A stretch of DNA of 48,543 bases from a virus (lineage: Duplodnaviria; Caudoviricetes), in the IMG/VR virus record IMGVR_UViG_3300027828_000041, positions 1-48,543 of that record; one strand, 5' to 3'. Each line of letters starts with the position of its first letter. The first letter of the stretch is position 1. The position numbers were made by a program, and so were the translations under genes. The notes under the pieces are model-generated. The model did no database searches. It saw only the letters and a program-made list of their open reading frames with translations, and was not told the DNA's origin. Below, in pieces: positions 28,439-38,252 of this stretch.

Positions 28439-31005
28439 TAGACTTTATTGTCTCCTTCGTAATGTATTGCCCAACCTAAGAGATGGCAGTCCTTGCCCTC
28501 TTCGCCTGTGAACTTAAGGTTTAGAGCGCGTCCGCGTCCTCGTACCTTAGACCGCACAACTACCACAGGTTCTCCATTGTCAAACGCGTCTCCTGCTTGC
28601 GTAGGTGTATACACGCGCCTGTGCTTGTATACCTGCTGTGCTGTACCAAACTTGTTGGCGTTACTTGAGTCTGTCCAATCCCACCGTGCTTGCATAGTGC
28701 ACGAGCTAGGGTTGTCTACTACTAGGTTACCAGAGCCGTCATCTTCCCATGCCTCTTCGGTACGTTCCATGTACGTGTGGATTACTGGTGCGTATCGTTT
28801 ACGAGACCAGTCTCCTAGGTTATCGTAACCTGTAATCAGGTACGGTACTTTCTCACTTGAGTCGTAGTCAGTGAAAGCGTAGACCGATTGGTCAGCTATG
28901 CGTAGCTGCCTATTGTTGACCACGTTAAAGTACTTAACCTTCTGGTAGGTAGACGGGTCATCCGCTACTGATAGCGCGACGAAAGCTCCGATATAGTTAT
29001 CAGATGCCTTGTTGAAAGTGTACCTGTAGAACGCTCCTAATCTCTGGTCGAACGTCAGTACTGCGTCGTAGTAGTACTTGGAGTCATCATTAGACTCGTT
29101 GACCAAGATGTGTACCCTACGTAGGCTATCATCGTATGCCATCTGACAGTTAGCTCTGGCTTCTGTGCCGAGGTCGTTCCAGTATTTCTGGATAGTAGGT
29201 TCGGTTATGTTCTGTGCTTGTACCCGACCAGTCTGTCCGTCTCCTCCAATTGCGTAGATACCACGGTGTGACGCGAATATCACAACGTCATCTGTCTTAA
29301 TGATACCCTGCTTATTAATAGCTTCCGCTTCAGTTATCTTTCTCACGATTATGTCATCGGCAGCGAAAGCCTGTGAGCCTGATATTTCCCATACGCCTGT
29401 GTTGCCGAATACTAGCAGACTACCTTGGAAGGTTACCATCTCAATGGCTGTACCTAATCCCGGTATCTGAATAGTACCACCATCATCTGGCAGCAGCTCG
29501 TTCAGTACTGGATGAGTAGGGTCTGCCATTTGCAGCATGGCTTCGTAGTCGTTATCGTCGTATATAATCTTACTGAAGAAGATTACATCCGACCAACGAG
29601 AGGTATTCAAACCACCGAACACAATCCTACCTGCGTAGTATTCGCAGCAGGATGGTCTCTTAGTAGTTACCTCTCCCTCTGGATTATCTAGTACACTGTT
29701 CGTTACAGTGGCTGGTTTATTCCAAGTGTTATCATACAGAGACGTAGCGTGTACTCCCCACGCTGCGGGAAGCTCCCATTCAATCCAGCTACTACCTACG
29801 TTAGTGACCACGTGTTTAGGATAGAGCCGCCACATAATCCGTATATGTTTGCGAAATAATACGCTCAAGTCTCCACCTAACGCTTCAATGGATGCTTTGT
29901 TACCGTCGTGATTTAAGTAGGTAATCAAGTTAGAACTAGACGGACCTATCTCAATAGTGTCCCCTACGTTTAGTGTGTGGGTCGTACCAAGGTCAAGCCG
30001 AAAGGTGAGGGTGCTTGTTCCCAAACCTGTCGGATAGAAGTTGCTGTGATATACATTAGGTAGCACATAACTGTCTCCATCAAGCGGAGCGATTGCCGTT
30101 CTGGTATCAAACGGGTTAATGATAAGCGAACCATTTGGTGCTGGTACATATGCTAAAATCTCTTCATCGAAACGGGAGCTATCCCATACCTTGCTTGAAC
30201 TACTGAGCGAGTACCAGTTAGAATCCTCTACAGTACTACGTCTCCAACCAACCCACGGCAACATGGCTTTGCTAGCCCATACCCCGTTGTTGTGTCGGTA
30301 GTCCACTCCGTTAGAACCCTTCGGGTTACTGGGGATTGAACCAGCTGTGCCATCGTAACCACTTACTGCCCAGCCTCTATTGGCTAGATTGTAGTGATGT
30401 GATGGCGTAGGTTTGTTTGCGTTGTCAGGGTCATCGGATGGTGTATCGAGTAGGTCGACACCATCGTCAATGTCTACGTAATCCCGTACCTTAATTCCAA
30501 TCTGGTTTACTTCGAACTTCGTAGCTGCGTTAGCGTCATACGTTACGTAGCTAGGCTCTAGGTCTGTACTGGCGATGAACAGATGTCCTCGCCCACTGGT
30601 AAACGAGATAGGTACAGTCCGCGCTTCAGCGGCTGTGGTAGTAACTGAGTCGGCTAGATTGATAATCTCTCCGGTGTAGTTACCACCAAGTACCTCGTTC
30701 TCTTCGTACACGTACACGTAAAGTCCCACTTGTATCAAGACAAAGTTCTGTTGGGAATCTAAGTCTACGTGCTTCCATACAAAAGCTTGCATAGCTTCAT
30801 CTCCCTCAAGTTCGTCTTGTAGGGAGATGGCTATTGTGTCAGTTTCTACGGCAATACCACGTCGTCTGCGCCGACTCCCATCGGGCAGTAATTCAAAGTT
30901 CTCCTCCTCAAGACTTACTTCATCTGGGAAGTTAAGTGGAGATACCTCGGTGAGGAATCCCTTACTGAAGGTGAAGAACGTTTTATCGACGGGTATCTGT
31001 GGCAT
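28438..31005 (-). CDS. Tail tubular protein B / nozzle-like protein
   Basis: 855 aa, beta-rich; TFSKGFLTE.SPLNFP start and KVRGRGRALNLKF end; synteny. Confidence 0.75.
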   Translation of the reverse strand: MPQIPVDKTFFTFSKGFLTEVSPLNFPDEVSLEEENFELLPDGSRRRRRGIAVETDTIAISLQDELEGDEAMQAFVWKHVDLDSQQNFVLIQVGLYVYVYEENEVLGGNYTGEIINLADSVTTTAAEARTVPISFTSGRGHLFIASTDLEPSYVTYDANAATKFEVNQIGIKVRDYVDIDDGVDLLDTPSDDPDNANKPTPSHHYNLANRGWAVSGYDGTAGSIPSNPKGSNGVDYRHNNGVWASKAMLPWVGWRRSTVEDSNWYSLSSSSKVWDSSRFDEEILAYVPAPNGSLIINPFDTRTAIAPLDGDSYVLPNVYHSNFYPTGLGTSTLTFRLDLGTTHTLNVGDTIEIGPSSSNLITYLNHDGNKASIEALGGDLSVLFRKHIRIMWRLYPKHVVTNVGSSWIEWELPAAWGVHATSLYDNTWNKPATVTNSVLDNPEGEVTTKRPSCCEYYAGRIVFGGLNTSRWSDVIFFSKIIYDDNDYEAMLQMADPTHPVLNELLPDDGGTIQIPGLGTAIEMVTFQGSLLVFGNTGVWEISGSQAFAADDIIVRKITEAEAINKQGIIKTDDVVIFASHRGIYAIGGDGQTGRVQAQNITEPTIQKYWNDLGTEARANCQMAYDDSLRRVHILVNESNDDSKYYYDAVLTFDQRLGAFYRYTFNKASDNYIGAFVALSVADDPSTYQKVKYFNVVNNRQLRIADQSVYAFTDYDSSEKVPYLITGYDNLGDWSRKRYAPVIHTYMERTEEAWEDDGSGNLVVDNPSSCTMQARWDWTDSSNANKFGTAQQVYKHRRVYTPTQAGDAFDNGEPVVVVRSKVRGRGRALNLKFTGEEGKDCHLLGWAIHYEGDNKV

Positions 31006-31349
31006 TAGCCCTCCGCAGCAACAGCTTCTTTTGGAGCATCGTCAGCTTTACTGACGGTGTCTTTGTGGGCTTTACGGGTAGCTTTCTGCGCTTCTTTTTC
31101 GGCAAAGTCCCAGCTCTCGTTAAGGTATAGGTCAAGGTTCTCACGAGCCTTGATAGTGTTAGTAAACAGTCCAGCAATAAACTTACTGGGGTGCTTCTTG
31201 GGAATCGTTACAATCTCGGTATCTTTATCTACCAAACCGATACCGTACAGTGAGGTCTGTGATTTAAGAGTAATGCCCCACTTCTTACCGAAGGCATCTA
31301 TACCATGTTCAATTGCGTAGCTTCGCTTGATGTGGTCTTCAAGTTCCAT
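31005..31349 (-). CDS. Hypothetical protein
   Basis: AGGAG RBS; coupled to the next gene. Confidence 0.7.
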   Translation of the reverse strand: MELEDHIKRSYAIEHGIDAFGKKWGITLKSQTSLYGIGLVDKDTEIVTIPKKHPSKFIAGLFTNTIKARENLDLYLNESWDFAEKEAQKATRKAHKDTVSKADDAPKEAVAAEG

Positions 31350-31357
31350 TGGGTCTC

Positions 31358-32170
31358 CTACTTGAGATGGTCAGGTAGAGGTTTAGCGTATCCGCTATCC
31401 ACACTACCTACAGTTATTCCGCCTATCGACTTACGTCCGTAGTTCGGAAGTTTAACGTTGCGGCGCAGTTTGTCACGCGACCGCTGTTGACGCACCCTAC
31501 CCTTACGAGCAAGCTGCTGAATCTTTGGTGTAGCTCCGCCTCTCCATACGTCAAAGGCGTACTCCCGTACCTCTGCTTGGAGGTACGGGAGTAAGTTATT
31601 GGGGAGGTTAATGAACGCACCGTCTACACGCGAGAGCGTGGGAGGACGCTGACCATACGCTTCGGTATTGGAAGCTGTCATGGTTGAGCTGATGTTCTCG
31701 TCAAAGGAGTCGAAGATAATCGTCTCGTTATCGAACGTCGTCCAGTACGTAGGGCTGACATCGTTACGTATGTTCACGGTGACGTTGTCTTCTACCTCTA
31801 CTGAGATGACATTGGTGTCCAGAACATTACGGTTCTTAGTCTGCCGCAGGAAATCCACTGGCTCAAGGTAGTACACCTTGACGAAGGTTTCCCTCTCCCC
31901 ATCGTCCGCAGTATTGTAACGTAACACGTCTATGGTGTTAACGTCTGCGGGAATGTCGAAGTGTGTAGGCTTATCCGTGTCCCCATACGCTTCGAGTTGG
32001 AAGGTCTGCTTGATGGAGGGCAGCTCTTGGTCTGATACTATGAAGTCGAACATGTCCACAATAGCTCGTGAAATCTGTTGGCTTTCGATAGTATCATCAA
32101 TGCTGTTTACTTCGTCTCCATCAATGTCGCTCAGAATGTCCTGAGTCATTTTCAGTAGAGTCTTAGCCAT
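31358..32170 (-). CDS. Tail tubular protein A / adaptor-like protein
   Basis: TLL.MTQDILS.IDGDEVNSI.DT.ES N-terminus; synteny. Confidence 0.7.
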   Translation of the reverse strand: MAKTLLKMTQDILSDIDGDEVNSIDDTIESQQISRAIVDMFDFIVSDQELPSIKQTFQLEAYGDTDKPTHFDIPADVNTIDVLRYNTADDGERETFVKVYYLEPVDFLRQTKNRNVLDTNVISVEVEDNVTVNIRNDVSPTYWTTFDNETIIFDSFDENISSTMTASNTEAYGQRPPTLSRVDGAFINLPNNLLPYLQAEVREYAFDVWRGGATPKIQQLARKGRVRQQRSRDKLRRNVKLPNYGRKSIGGITVGSVDSGYAKPLPDHLK

Positions 32171-33794
32171 TGTCTAATCTCCGTTTTAGTTTTCGTACCG
32201 CTTCTCTTACTACGTCGTAGTCGAGGTCACTGTACCCAGTAATGTAGAAGAACACCTGTAATCCAGCTACGCTACTATTACTCACTGCCGTACCATTACG
32301 TGCATTGAGGAACTGGCTGTGTGATGGAGCGCTACCAGTTGGGGTAGAACCTGTCTCCGTGTGTTCGTTAATCTTTCGGGTCACCGTAGTACCTGTTGAG
32401 GTACGGGTCAACTGGATGTACTCATTTAGTAACCAGCTTTTATCGGAGACGTATGGCTCTAATGCAGGAGTAACCGTTGTACCAGTAACTGCCCATTGCA
32501 TACGCTCTCCCAGAGAGGCGTGCTCATTCCAGAGTAGGATGCTGTCCGTGAACCCTGCGAATGCTTGGTATACGCCAGCTACGTACACTGTCTCGCCAAC
32601 GTCTACATCAGGGACTGCCGTGTTGTATACCCCGAACGAGAGTTCATCGTCTCCTGCTCCACCACTACCTTGCGGTATGACTGTCAGGTCTGTGTAGCTA
32701 GCGGCGGTATCGTGAGAGATACCGTCTGCTCCTTGGTTAGTTACAGTACCACTAGTTGTGGCTGTGTTACCCTTGATACCCTCGTACTGGTCACCATCGT
32801 CGGTGAGACCGAACACATAGGCTTCTCGTACTGAGGAGTACGTATCATCTAGGTCTACAATGAAAGCACCCATAGCATCCTGCTCTACCTCAGTGAGGGC
32901 TGAGTAGTTTCCTAGTGCTGTCTTAGCGTTAGAGTTCCAGTGCTCAAGCTTAGCTGCACCTCTACGCATGTGTGTACCAAACAGGTAACGACCTCTGTCG
33001 TTCCAGTGTAGTTCATCATTCGCTACAAGGCGCTGGTCTACTTGATAGTCTGCCACTACTGTGAGAGCTAGTGGGTCTACTACTATAACATCATCAGCTC
33101 GTAAGCTTTCAATATGTGCGTTAACGTTCTGCCAGCCTGTTATAATCCAAGCTTCAGTAGGTACGTAGTCCCAGAACCAGAAGCCCTTGAAAGGCATTAG
33201 CTTACTGATAACTACCTTCATACCAGCGGTGCGACAATCCGCTACTACTGTGTCTATGTTTGCTGTGAGGGTTGACACTGCTGTGTTTACCTGTGCCTCT
33301 GTCGTGCACGGGAAACCAGCGTTGTTTAAATCATTAGTACCTATGTACATCAACAACGTGCGTGTGCCGTTGTCGTTAATAAAGTCTTGGTGGGTCAGAC
33401 CGTTCAACGGAGCGTCCAGTGTGCCACCTACAAAGTCCTTTAGACCTTTAGCACCTTGTGCGTAGACATTCTTGACACTGTCTCCGAATGTGTCGTACCA
33501 GTTATTACTGAGGCTCTGGAAACCTTCAGTACTCTGTGAGTCACCCATAATCCAGTATTCTTCGTCGGTGTTCTTCCGACGTACCTTGTCTCGCCAGTAC
33601 TCTTCTTCACTAACGAAACCAAGAGACTTGGCGTATACTCCAAAGTCTAAGTACCCTTTATCGCTAAGGAAAGCCCTGCGTCGGTCAGCTAGACCGCCAC
33701 CTACGTAACCTTCGGATGCGTAGAACTCAGCCTCCATATCCTGTATAGAGCCACCGAATCCCCATTGCCTTAATGTTCTTTGCTTAGAATCCAC
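32163..33794 (-). CDS. Virion protein with SGNH/GDSL esterase and a C-terminal beta-sandwich region
   Basis: Block I GDSQS, block III GTND, block V DELH. Confidence 0.8.
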   Translation of the reverse strand: MDSKQRTLRQWGFGGSIQDMEAEFYASEGYVGGGLADRRRAFLSDKGYLDFGVYAKSLGFVSEEEYWRDKVRRKNTDEEYWIMGDSQSTEGFQSLSNNWYDTFGDSVKNVYAQGAKGLKDFVGGTLDAPLNGLTHQDFINDNGTRTLLMYIGTNDLNNAGFPCTTEAQVNTAVSTLTANIDTVVADCRTAGMKVVISKLMPFKGFWFWDYVPTEAWIITGWQNVNAHIESLRADDVIVVDPLALTVVADYQVDQRLVANDELHWNDRGRYLFGTHMRRGAAKLEHWNSNAKTALGNYSALTEVEQDAMGAFIVDLDDTYSSVREAYVFGLTDDGDQYEGIKGNTATTSGTVTNQGADGISHDTAASYTDLTVIPQGSGGAGDDELSFGVYNTAVPDVDVGETVYVAGVYQAFAGFTDSILLWNEHASLGERMQWAVTGTTVTPALEPYVSDKSWLLNEYIQLTRTSTGTTVTRKINEHTETGSTPTGSAPSHSQFLNARNGTAVSNSSVAGLQVFFYITGYSDLDYDVVREAVRKLKRRLDNG

Positions 33795-33812
33795 AAACCT
33801 TTCCTTAAAGAT

Positions 33813-33834
33813 GGGAGGAGCCGAAGCCCCTCCC
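33813..33834 (-). terminator. Terminator-like hairpin after the capsid genes
   Basis: Minus strand GGGAGGGGC-TTCG-GCTCCTCCC followed by ATCTTT (weak U tract). Confidence 0.65.
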
Positions 33835-33841
33835 TCTTGAC

Positions 33842-34387
33842 TTACTTAGTGTACTCGACTGTTACAGTCAAAGCACCAGCTGTATAAGCAGCAGTTGCGT
33901 ACGTTGGCGCGACAACTACAGGGCTAGAACCCACGTTGACTTTACCAATGTAAGCAGCAGCAGCTGACTTATCCAGAACTACCGTTTCACCTACAGCTGA
34001 GAAATCTGCCAAAGCAGAGTCACCAGCAGCGGCGAGACCATCAGCGTCTACAGCATCCAACAGACCATCCGTGTCTGAAATGGTGTAGATACCAATGAGC
34101 AGGTCAGCAGCACCACCTGAAGTTGCAGCGGTATCAGTAGTAATAGTTACTTTCTGTACAGTTGCACCAGCAGGAATCTGTGGTGAGTTAACCCATTTGC
34201 CAGCAGCATAGATGCCAGAATCTGCCGTAGCGTCAGTACCCAGCGCAGTCAGGTCGTCGTACGTATATACGATTTCCTGAGTACGACCAGCAGTGACGGT
34301 AGCGCCACCAGTGTTCGTCTGAGCTGAACGAGTACCGAAACCCACAGCGAGTCCATCTTCGTTATGCCATACTGTTTCACGACTCAT
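33842..34387 (-). CDS. Putative capsid decoration / minor head protein
   Basis: Directly after the major capsid gene; strong AAGGAGGT RBS; WHNEDGLAVGFG start. Confidence 0.65.
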   Translation of the reverse strand: MSRETVWHNEDGLAVGFGTRSAQTNTGGATVTAGRTQEIVYTYDDLTALGTDATADSGIYAAGKWVNSPQIPAGATVQKVTITTDTAATSGGAADLLIGIYTISDTDGLLDAVDADGLAAAGDSALADFSAVGETVVLDKSAAAAYIGKVNVGSSPVVVAPTYATAAYTAGALTVTVEYTK

Positions 34388-34400
34388 AACTTATACCTCC

Positions 34401-35393
34401 TTATGAGTAAGTAATCTGGTTAGTATCAGAAATGATAGTTACCAGATTCTCAGGACGATACAGTGAAAGACCGTAACGAGCCGTAGTAATGTATTCTTCA
34501 CGCTGGAAGTCTTTGTTGTACTCAGAATCCACTTTAGGCATCTGTCGCCACGCACCAATGAACGGTACGATATCCGGCGAAGCTGCTGAGAAGAAGATGT
34601 TAGAGACACCGTTAGGTACTGTGAACTCGCCCGTGCTAGACGGGAGGTAGTTCGAAACGTAGACGTCGAAGCCATAAATGTTCTTCGTAAAGCGCATACC
34701 TGAGCTAATGCCACCTTCAGCTACCAGACCTTCCCAACGAGGAGTGTTGGTAAAGTTGGTGAAGCTTGACAGCGTATTGAATACATACTCAACTGACGGG
34801 TCAACGATTGCAATTAGGTTGGTATCAGGTACGTTAGCTCTCTTGAGTGAGTTCAATGCTTTCGCAAAGTCCGCCACTTCAATCAAACCAGTAGTACCAT
34901 CAAGACCCGCTGCGAAACGGTGAGCTGCGCCGTTGATAGTATTAGCGTCGTTGCCAGTCTGACCTACTCCATTGTAAGCTTTGTTCTGTGCGTCGCCAGC
35001 AGGGGCTGCGAGACCGAAGATATCGGTTTCGATATTCTCGGCAAGAGCGCGGTTCTGCTTGGGCACAAAACTAGCTTCCAACTGTGAAGCGTAGTAAGAG
35101 TCCTGACGTGCTTTTTCAGTAATGTACAGACCACTCTGCTTGTACTCTGTGATACCAAACTGGAAGTTACCAGTGTCGAGAGAGTCGTAGACCGCAGGGT
35201 CATTTTCGACGTAATCTCGAACAGTCGCATCACCGATAGACGGGATGTTTAACTGGTCGCCTTCAGGGAAATCAGTAAGCCAGCGCACATAGCCCTGACC
35301 ATTGAGTTCGTCCCGAAGCGCTTCCTTCAGTTCAGAGGACCACAGATTAGCACGGTGCAGATGTGTGCCTGTAACACCAGTGGTGATAGACAT
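34401..35393 (-). CDS. Major capsid protein
   Basis: 330 aa after the scaffold; LWSSELK, GDQLNIPSIG, YGFDVYVSN and TARYG...RPE patterns. Confidence 0.85.
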   Translation of the reverse strand: MSITTGVTGTHLHRANLWSSELKEALRDELNGQGYVRWLTDFPEGDQLNIPSIGDATVRDYVENDPAVYDSLDTGNFQFGITEYKQSGLYITEKARQDSYYASQLEASFVPKQNRALAENIETDIFGLAAPAGDAQNKAYNGVGQTGNDANTINGAAHRFAAGLDGTTGLIEVADFAKALNSLKRANVPDTNLIAIVDPSVEYVFNTLSSFTNFTNTPRWEGLVAEGGISSGMRFTKNIYGFDVYVSNYLPSSTGEFTVPNGVSNIFFSAASPDIVPFIGAWRQMPKVDSEYNKDFQREEYITTARYGLSLYRPENLVTIISDTNQITYS

Positions 35394-35406
35394 ATATTAT
35401 CTCCGT

Positions 35407-36159
35407 TTAATCTGTCTTAAAGAATTCATCACCCAACTTGTTCAACTGGTCGAACTTTTCTTTTTGCAGATTGTGGTCTGCATAGAAAGCCTTGCTACCC
35501 ATCTTCTGCCGCAGTGCCCTGTAGTACGCATCATTGCGTACACTAGGTTCAGGAATCTGCTCGTTGTTCACAGATGGGATAGTTGAAACTGCTGGGGTCT
35601 GAGTTGGTTTAGTAATGTTAGCATCAATTCCAACGAGACGAAGAGCAGCCTTCGGTGAGTTCTTAGCTAGTGCTTGGAAGTCCGAGGCGGATACACCTGC
35701 ATCTACCAGTTGCTCCCGAAGGAACAGCTTAGTAGCTTCAGTGTCACCGTTGAACTTATCAAGGACTTTCTGTTCGACTACCTTCTTATTCTGCTCAGCA
35801 ACCGTCTGCTGCTGTTGGTCTTGAATTATTTTAGTTACATCCTCTGCGGTCAGTTGCGTTTGGTTATCCGCTACCTCTTGCTTCGGTGTGAGGTTCTTAA
35901 GTAGTTCTTCTACTTCAGCTTTGCCTTTCAGTTCTTCTTCGAGCTTACCGAGCTGTTCTCGCATCTCAGCGCCTTCGGCTTTGAGTTGTTCGATGAACTC
36001 GTCCGCTTCTACTCGACTTTTAGCCAGAGCTTCCACATCGGTATACTTACGTCCCTCTCCTACCAAAGTGTCCAGTGTTGACAGGTCATCAGACTTGGAG
36101 TCTTTTGCAGGTGTTGCTGGTTCGTTGGTCGTGTCCAGCGAGTCTAGTACATTGGTCAT
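35407..36159 (-). CDS. Capsid scaffolding protein
   Basis: Acidic coiled coil (LVGEGRKY.DVEALAKS) between portal and capsid genes. Confidence 0.75.
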   Translation of the reverse strand: MTNVLDSLDTTNEPATPAKDSKSDDLSTLDTLVGEGRKYTDVEALAKSRVEADEFIEQLKAEGAEMREQLGKLEEELKGKAEVEELLKNLTPKQEVADNQTQLTAEDVTKIIQDQQQQTVAEQNKKVVEQKVLDKFNGDTEATKLFLREQLVDAGVSASDFQALAKNSPKAALRLVGIDANITKPTQTPAVSTIPSVNNEQIPEPSVRNDAYYRALRQKMGSKAFYADHNLQKEKFDQLNKLGDEFFKTD

Positions 36160-36162
36160 GTC

Positions 36163-36465
36163 CTAATCCTTATTTGGAAGTAGTGAGTTAATATCGCGCA
36201 ACGCTTTCTTATACCCTTCCCAGTATATCAAACGTTCTCTGTAGTTAGGCGTATCAAAGTTGATAGGCTGGTTACAGGCGCTACGATACTTACTGTTTAA
36301 AATTCTGTGTAGCTGTTTCCAGATACGTGTGTTAGATTTAATCTGGTCTCGGAAACTATCAACGTCCTCCACTCCGTGCAGCCACTTCTGGCTAATACCA
36401 TGGTTGGCGGACTTAGTCTCATCGTATGGGATATCTTCGCCCAGTTCGTATACCTTGTCAGACAT
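36163..36465 (-). CDS. Hypothetical protein
   Basis: Coupled to the portal stop; EGYKKAL C-terminal pattern. Confidence 0.7.
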   Translation of the reverse strand: MSDKVYELGEDIPYDETKSANHGISQKWLHGVEDVDSFRDQIKSNTRIWKQLHRILNSKYRSACNQPINFDTPNYRERLIYWEGYKKALRDINSLLPNKD

Positions 36466-38252
36466 TATAGTGGTATCTCTCCCATCTCTGCTTGTGCTAC
36501 TTCTTCAGGAATAGTCTCGGCTTCTTCCTGAACCTGTTGGTTAATTACGTTCTGTGCCTTAGCAAGCTCTGCTCGTTCGAACACACGGACGTTCTCGTCT
36601 ACTAAGTCGAACCTATCCAAGTCCAGCAACTCCTCTACAATGTGAGCTAGCTTCACGCTTGAGATGTGGTTGCGTACTTCTTCGTCGTTAGCCAAGGCTG
36701 AGTTATACAGCTGAACAAGGTTCTGTACCAGCTGTGCCTTACGTGCGTAGTGTCTAGCACCACGCGGTGTGAGGTAACCCTTACCAGTGATATCCTTCTG
36801 GGATATAGTTGCGAAGTCTTGTACTGCGAAGTCTGGGTCAGCTATTGAAATCGTAGTAGGCTCAAGCATATTACGACGACCTGCTTCCAGCATCTGATTC
36901 AACAGAGGCTCTAGGAAGTTCTCTTCGAAGTACGTAATCTTATTCTGGAAGATGCGACCACTTGCGTTCTCAAGAGTCTGTACTTCCAAAGCTGTCTTCT
37001 CACCCGGAGTTCGTATGCCCATAGCCTGACGTGGTGCTCCGGCTAGCTCCTCCATGTGATTCATTAACAGTTGGATACCCATGTCCGCGTTAAGTGCGGT
37101 TGAGTCTGGACGAAGTACTGACACTTCACTGTCAATGTCACCGAAGATTTTTTCACCCGGACCCCATGCCCAAGGCTCTACCTCACCACGTTGATACACA
37201 ACGGGTACGGCAATCTGGTCAAACACGTCCGCCTTGAGATTCTCAAGATGGTCAATGCGGTACTGCATACCCACTAGGTTTGCTAGTGGACCTTGTGCCA
37301 TTAGGTTGTCGGGACGTTGTCTCCAGCCAACATGTTCCTTGTTACTTCTGCCGAGCCAAGAATTATATGGCTGAGAATAAAGGACATGGTGTCTGTCGGC
37401 AATAATGATTCTATGGTTTTCCAGTAGTGTATCTGAGTCTTCATCGTATATGTCTCCTTCGAACTCTAGTAGTTCAACCAAACCAGAGTTGTAATACTGA
37501 TAGATACTACCGAAGCCATCGACAGCAAAGCCATCCGCTTTGAGAGTTTCTTCCGTAGAACTTTGTAAGACAGCCCTGCGGTTTTCAAAAACAGAATTAA
37601 AAGCATCGTCAATCCATCCAGCTTTCGATACCTCGGTGCTCTGTATCTTGCGAAGCTCGCCTAGGGATACTACACGTCGGGTAATCTTAGGAGCAGACTT
37701 GAACTCAGATGCCGTAAGGTCAAACACAATGTCCAGTGGAGATATGCGCTTGAGCTTAGGACCTATGTACACGGGAATCTTTTCACCATCTACCTCGGTG
37801 AACTCTTCTACGTGCACTACTTCTGCGAAGCAGTTACCATAGTCGATGTAGTCGTACACCAACTTGGATACTTCGGACCGAAACTTACTCTGCTCTAGTT
37901 TGTTCTTCATGTACGCTTTGATGGTCTTAGATTTATCTTTAGAAGCTGCATCAGCGTCTACTGCTGTCCACTCTAACCAGTCTTCGTGTGGGAACAAAGC
38001 TGCCATGTAGTTAGCGTGCAGGTTATCGCGTATCTGCGTCAGCTTAGGCAGGGTAGTCTTGTTCTTCCACGGAAGAGAGCTATTGGTGGTTTTGGTTGTA
38101 TCAGTTGCAAAAAGAAAGTTCCGCAGTTCCTTCTGCTCGGCTTCCCAGCCTGAGCGTGCGGACTTATAGTTCTGGTGCTGTGTTGCGATAACAGAGGCTA
38201 ACCGCTTAGGCTCACCTGTGATATCTTGAATGTGTACAGTCTTATTTGTCAT
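36465..38252 (-). CDS. Portal protein
   Basis: 595 aa after TerL; RISPLDIVFD and GIRTPGEKTALEVQ. Confidence 0.85.
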   Translation of the reverse strand: MTNKTVHIQDITGEPKRLASVIATQHQNYKSARSGWEAEQKELRNFLFATDTTKTTNSSLPWKNKTTLPKLTQIRDNLHANYMAALFPHEDWLEWTAVDADAASKDKSKTIKAYMKNKLEQSKFRSEVSKLVYDYIDYGNCFAEVVHVEEFTEVDGEKIPVYIGPKLKRISPLDIVFDLTASEFKSAPKITRRVVSLGELRKIQSTEVSKAGWIDDAFNSVFENRRAVLQSSTEETLKADGFAVDGFGSIYQYYNSGLVELLEFEGDIYDEDSDTLLENHRIIIADRHHVLYSQPYNSWLGRSNKEHVGWRQRPDNLMAQGPLANLVGMQYRIDHLENLKADVFDQIAVPVVYQRGEVEPWAWGPGEKIFGDIDSEVSVLRPDSTALNADMGIQLLMNHMEELAGAPRQAMGIRTPGEKTALEVQTLENASGRIFQNKITYFEENFLEPLLNQMLEAGRRNMLEPTTISIADPDFAVQDFATISQKDITGKGYLTPRGARHYARKAQLVQNLVQLYNSALANDEEVRNHISSVKLAHIVEELLDLDRFDLVDENVRVFERAELAKAQNVINQQVQEEAETIPEEVAQAEMGEIPL